Of a DNA stretch of 64,000 nt, positions 61,862 through 64,000 are shown piece by piece; the stretch's first letter is position 1, and each line of letters begins with the position of its first letter. The stretch is from Centroscyllium fabricii (taxonomy: Eukaryota): the NCBI GenBank assembly GCA_051313645.2, contig JBNRSN020000008.1, positions 50,468,001 through 50,532,000 on the forward strand, read 5' to 3'. The notes beneath the pieces were generated by a model. It was not told the DNA's origin. It was given only the letters and a program-made list of their open reading frames with translations, and made no database searches. The position numbers and the translations under genes are program-made.

Positions 61862-64000
61862 TGTGGTGTATGTAACATTGTTAATACAAGGTTATCATTG
61901 CGCACTACTTTGTACCGTGGCAGGACACTGCAGTATTGCGGTCCGCCTCTACTGTATATAAGTCTAAGCGAGGAGCGATACAGGTCAGTTCCAGACTGTA
62001 CCATGTTGAGTAAATATCACCTTTAGTTCATACCTGTACAACTGAGTCTGTCGTTATTAATCCTCAATAGCGCGGGCTCAACAATGGCAAAGAGGTCGGT
62101 CAAACTCATAGCTGTGTAATCGGCTACGTCGGGAAATGAAAAGATTTATTTTTAACTGAAGTCGACCATTGACCACTAAGGCACACCTTGCACTCCAGAA
62201 AAGGGAGCGGCAGCGATTCGACAGCAGAGGGAACTCAGTCGGCCTACACTCCAACACTGGGAGTGGCGAGGCATTTTCACTCCAGCCAGCAGAAATCAGC
62301 AGCAGCAGCCAGCAGAATTCGGCAGCAGGAACCAGCAGAATCGGCAGCAACAGCCAGCAGAAATCGGCAGCAGGAGGCATCAGAATCGGGTGCTCAGCTC
62401 AGCAGCGGCAGGAAGGCCGCAAAGCAGGACTCAGCCAGCAGTAGCATCGGACATCGGCTCGAGGTGGAGCTCGAACAATGTCAAACAAAGTCGCACATCA
62501 GGGTCGAACGGGAGGATCCAGGGCGACAAAGCCAATCACCAGAAGTGGTTGTTGAGGACCTAGGGTGGTCCTCTGACCAGGAGAATGCACCAGCTTGCAG
62601 GTAGAGCATAATCCTTACTATAACCGCGGGGGAAATCAGAGGCCCAGCGGGGGAGAGACGCGCAGAGGCGGGGAGACGTCATCTTTGAGCGGGAAAAGCG
62701 CAGGAAGAGACGCACACAGGCGGGAAGACGCCGGAGGAGACGCGCAAAGGTGAGACTAAGCGCCGGAAGAGACGTGCAAAGGCGGGAAATATGCCATCTT
62801 AGCAAGGGAAGAAACCGGAAAAGAAGTGGGAAGGCAGGACCAACGCCATCTGTTGGTGGGAAAACGGCGGAAAAGACGTGGGGAGGCGGGAGAAGACGCC
62901 ATCTTGACCGCAATAAAATAAAATAAACATGGCCAGACCGAACGGGTTTGGGGTTTTCCAGCCAGATGAAGAAGACTGGGAGGCATATTTACAACGCTTC
63001 GATATTTATTGTAGCATACAAGTAGTCACGAACGAGAACAAACTAAATAAATTCTTAAATGCCCTGGGACCTGAAACATACGGGTTGCTCAGAACACTAG
63101 TGTCTCCAGATAGACCAGCGACTAAAATGTTACAACAGATAAAGGATATTTTAAAAGATAACCTGAACCCAAACCCCCCTTTTATAGTGGAACGATTCAC
63201 ATTTTTTAAAAGGGACCAGCAAAAGGGGGAGTCACAGGCTGAGTACATTACCGCACTCAGACGGTTGTCGAAGCACTGTGTCTTTGGGGAGGAACTGTCC
63301 AATCACCTAAGAGACAGATTTGTATGTGGTATAAGGGATGATACCACACAAAAAAAATTATTGACAAAAAGACGCTCACTTTAGAGCAGGCCCTGGAGAC
63401 GGCCACAGCCCACGAGGCAGCTGCAGCAGGGGCAGCCGTGATTAGAAACAGTGGGGGTCCCCTAGAGACCCACAAAATCTCTACACGCACAAAAAAGTGC
63501 TACCGCTGTGACAATTCCACACACGACCAGAGTCAGTGCTGGGCTAAGGACAAAGACTGTAGACAATGTGACAAGATAGGCCACATAGCGGCGGCTTGTA
63601 GATCAGGAAAACAAGTGAGGCCAACACAGAGACAAACACAGAGACGACTCAAACCCAGAAAGGTAAATAACATGGCCGAAGAGGATTCGTTAAAGCGAAT
63701 TGGAAAACCAGGGCACAGACCAGTGGGGGCTGGGAAGCTTAAAGGTTCACAATATGGGCGACCACACTGACCAGAGTGTAATATGGATTCCCATAAAATT
63801 AGCAGGGGCAGAGATATCTCTGGAGCCAGACACAGGATCTGCTCTATCAGTGATTAATGAAAAATTCTAGAGGAAAACATTCAGTGGGACACCCCTAGAA
63901 CAGTCCCTGGTAATATTAAAGAACCACACAGGACAGAAATTTAAGACATTGGGGAGGTTGCCCGTCACAGTCAGATATCAAGTTAAACAGACAAAGGGTC
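61862..64000 (+). mobile_element. Second Ty3/Gypsy element, 5' part (LTR 61862-62083, leader, degraded gag-protease)
   Basis: TG..CA LTR, degenerate PBS TGGCAAAGAGG; EDWEAYLQRF, LRDRFVCGI, two CCHC knuckles, DTGS. Confidence 0.88.

Overview
Eukaryotic, repeat-dominated DNA. It is most likely intronic or intergenic sequence from a cartilaginous fish, judging by the HE1/V-SINE and SacSINE1/DeuSINE families. I found no confidently recognisable host exon, and nearly all listed ORFs are transposon fragments or shadow frames. Contents: many CR1, L2 and Rex1/Babar LINE fragments; two Penelope-like (PLE) families, one carrying minimal hammerhead ribozymes in inverted pseudo-LTRs; GC-rich Harbinger-, Tc1/pogo- and hAT-type non-autonomous elements; several solo LTRs; a full-length Ty3/Gypsy element (49273-57502) and the start of a second. 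Four features stand out. (1) An ORF-intact Ingi/Vingi-like LINE with a 5' HDV-like ribozyme fold is inserted in the Gypsy RNase H region through a 31-bp templated junction. (2) A 5S rRNA-derived SINE has a Rex1/Babar-type tail, and a candidate partner LINE lies in the same window. (3) An optional structured RNA module occurs in some CR1 3' UTRs. (4) A single CR1 has been inflated to about 17 kb by nested insertions. All calls are by eye, and no searches or folding programs were run.
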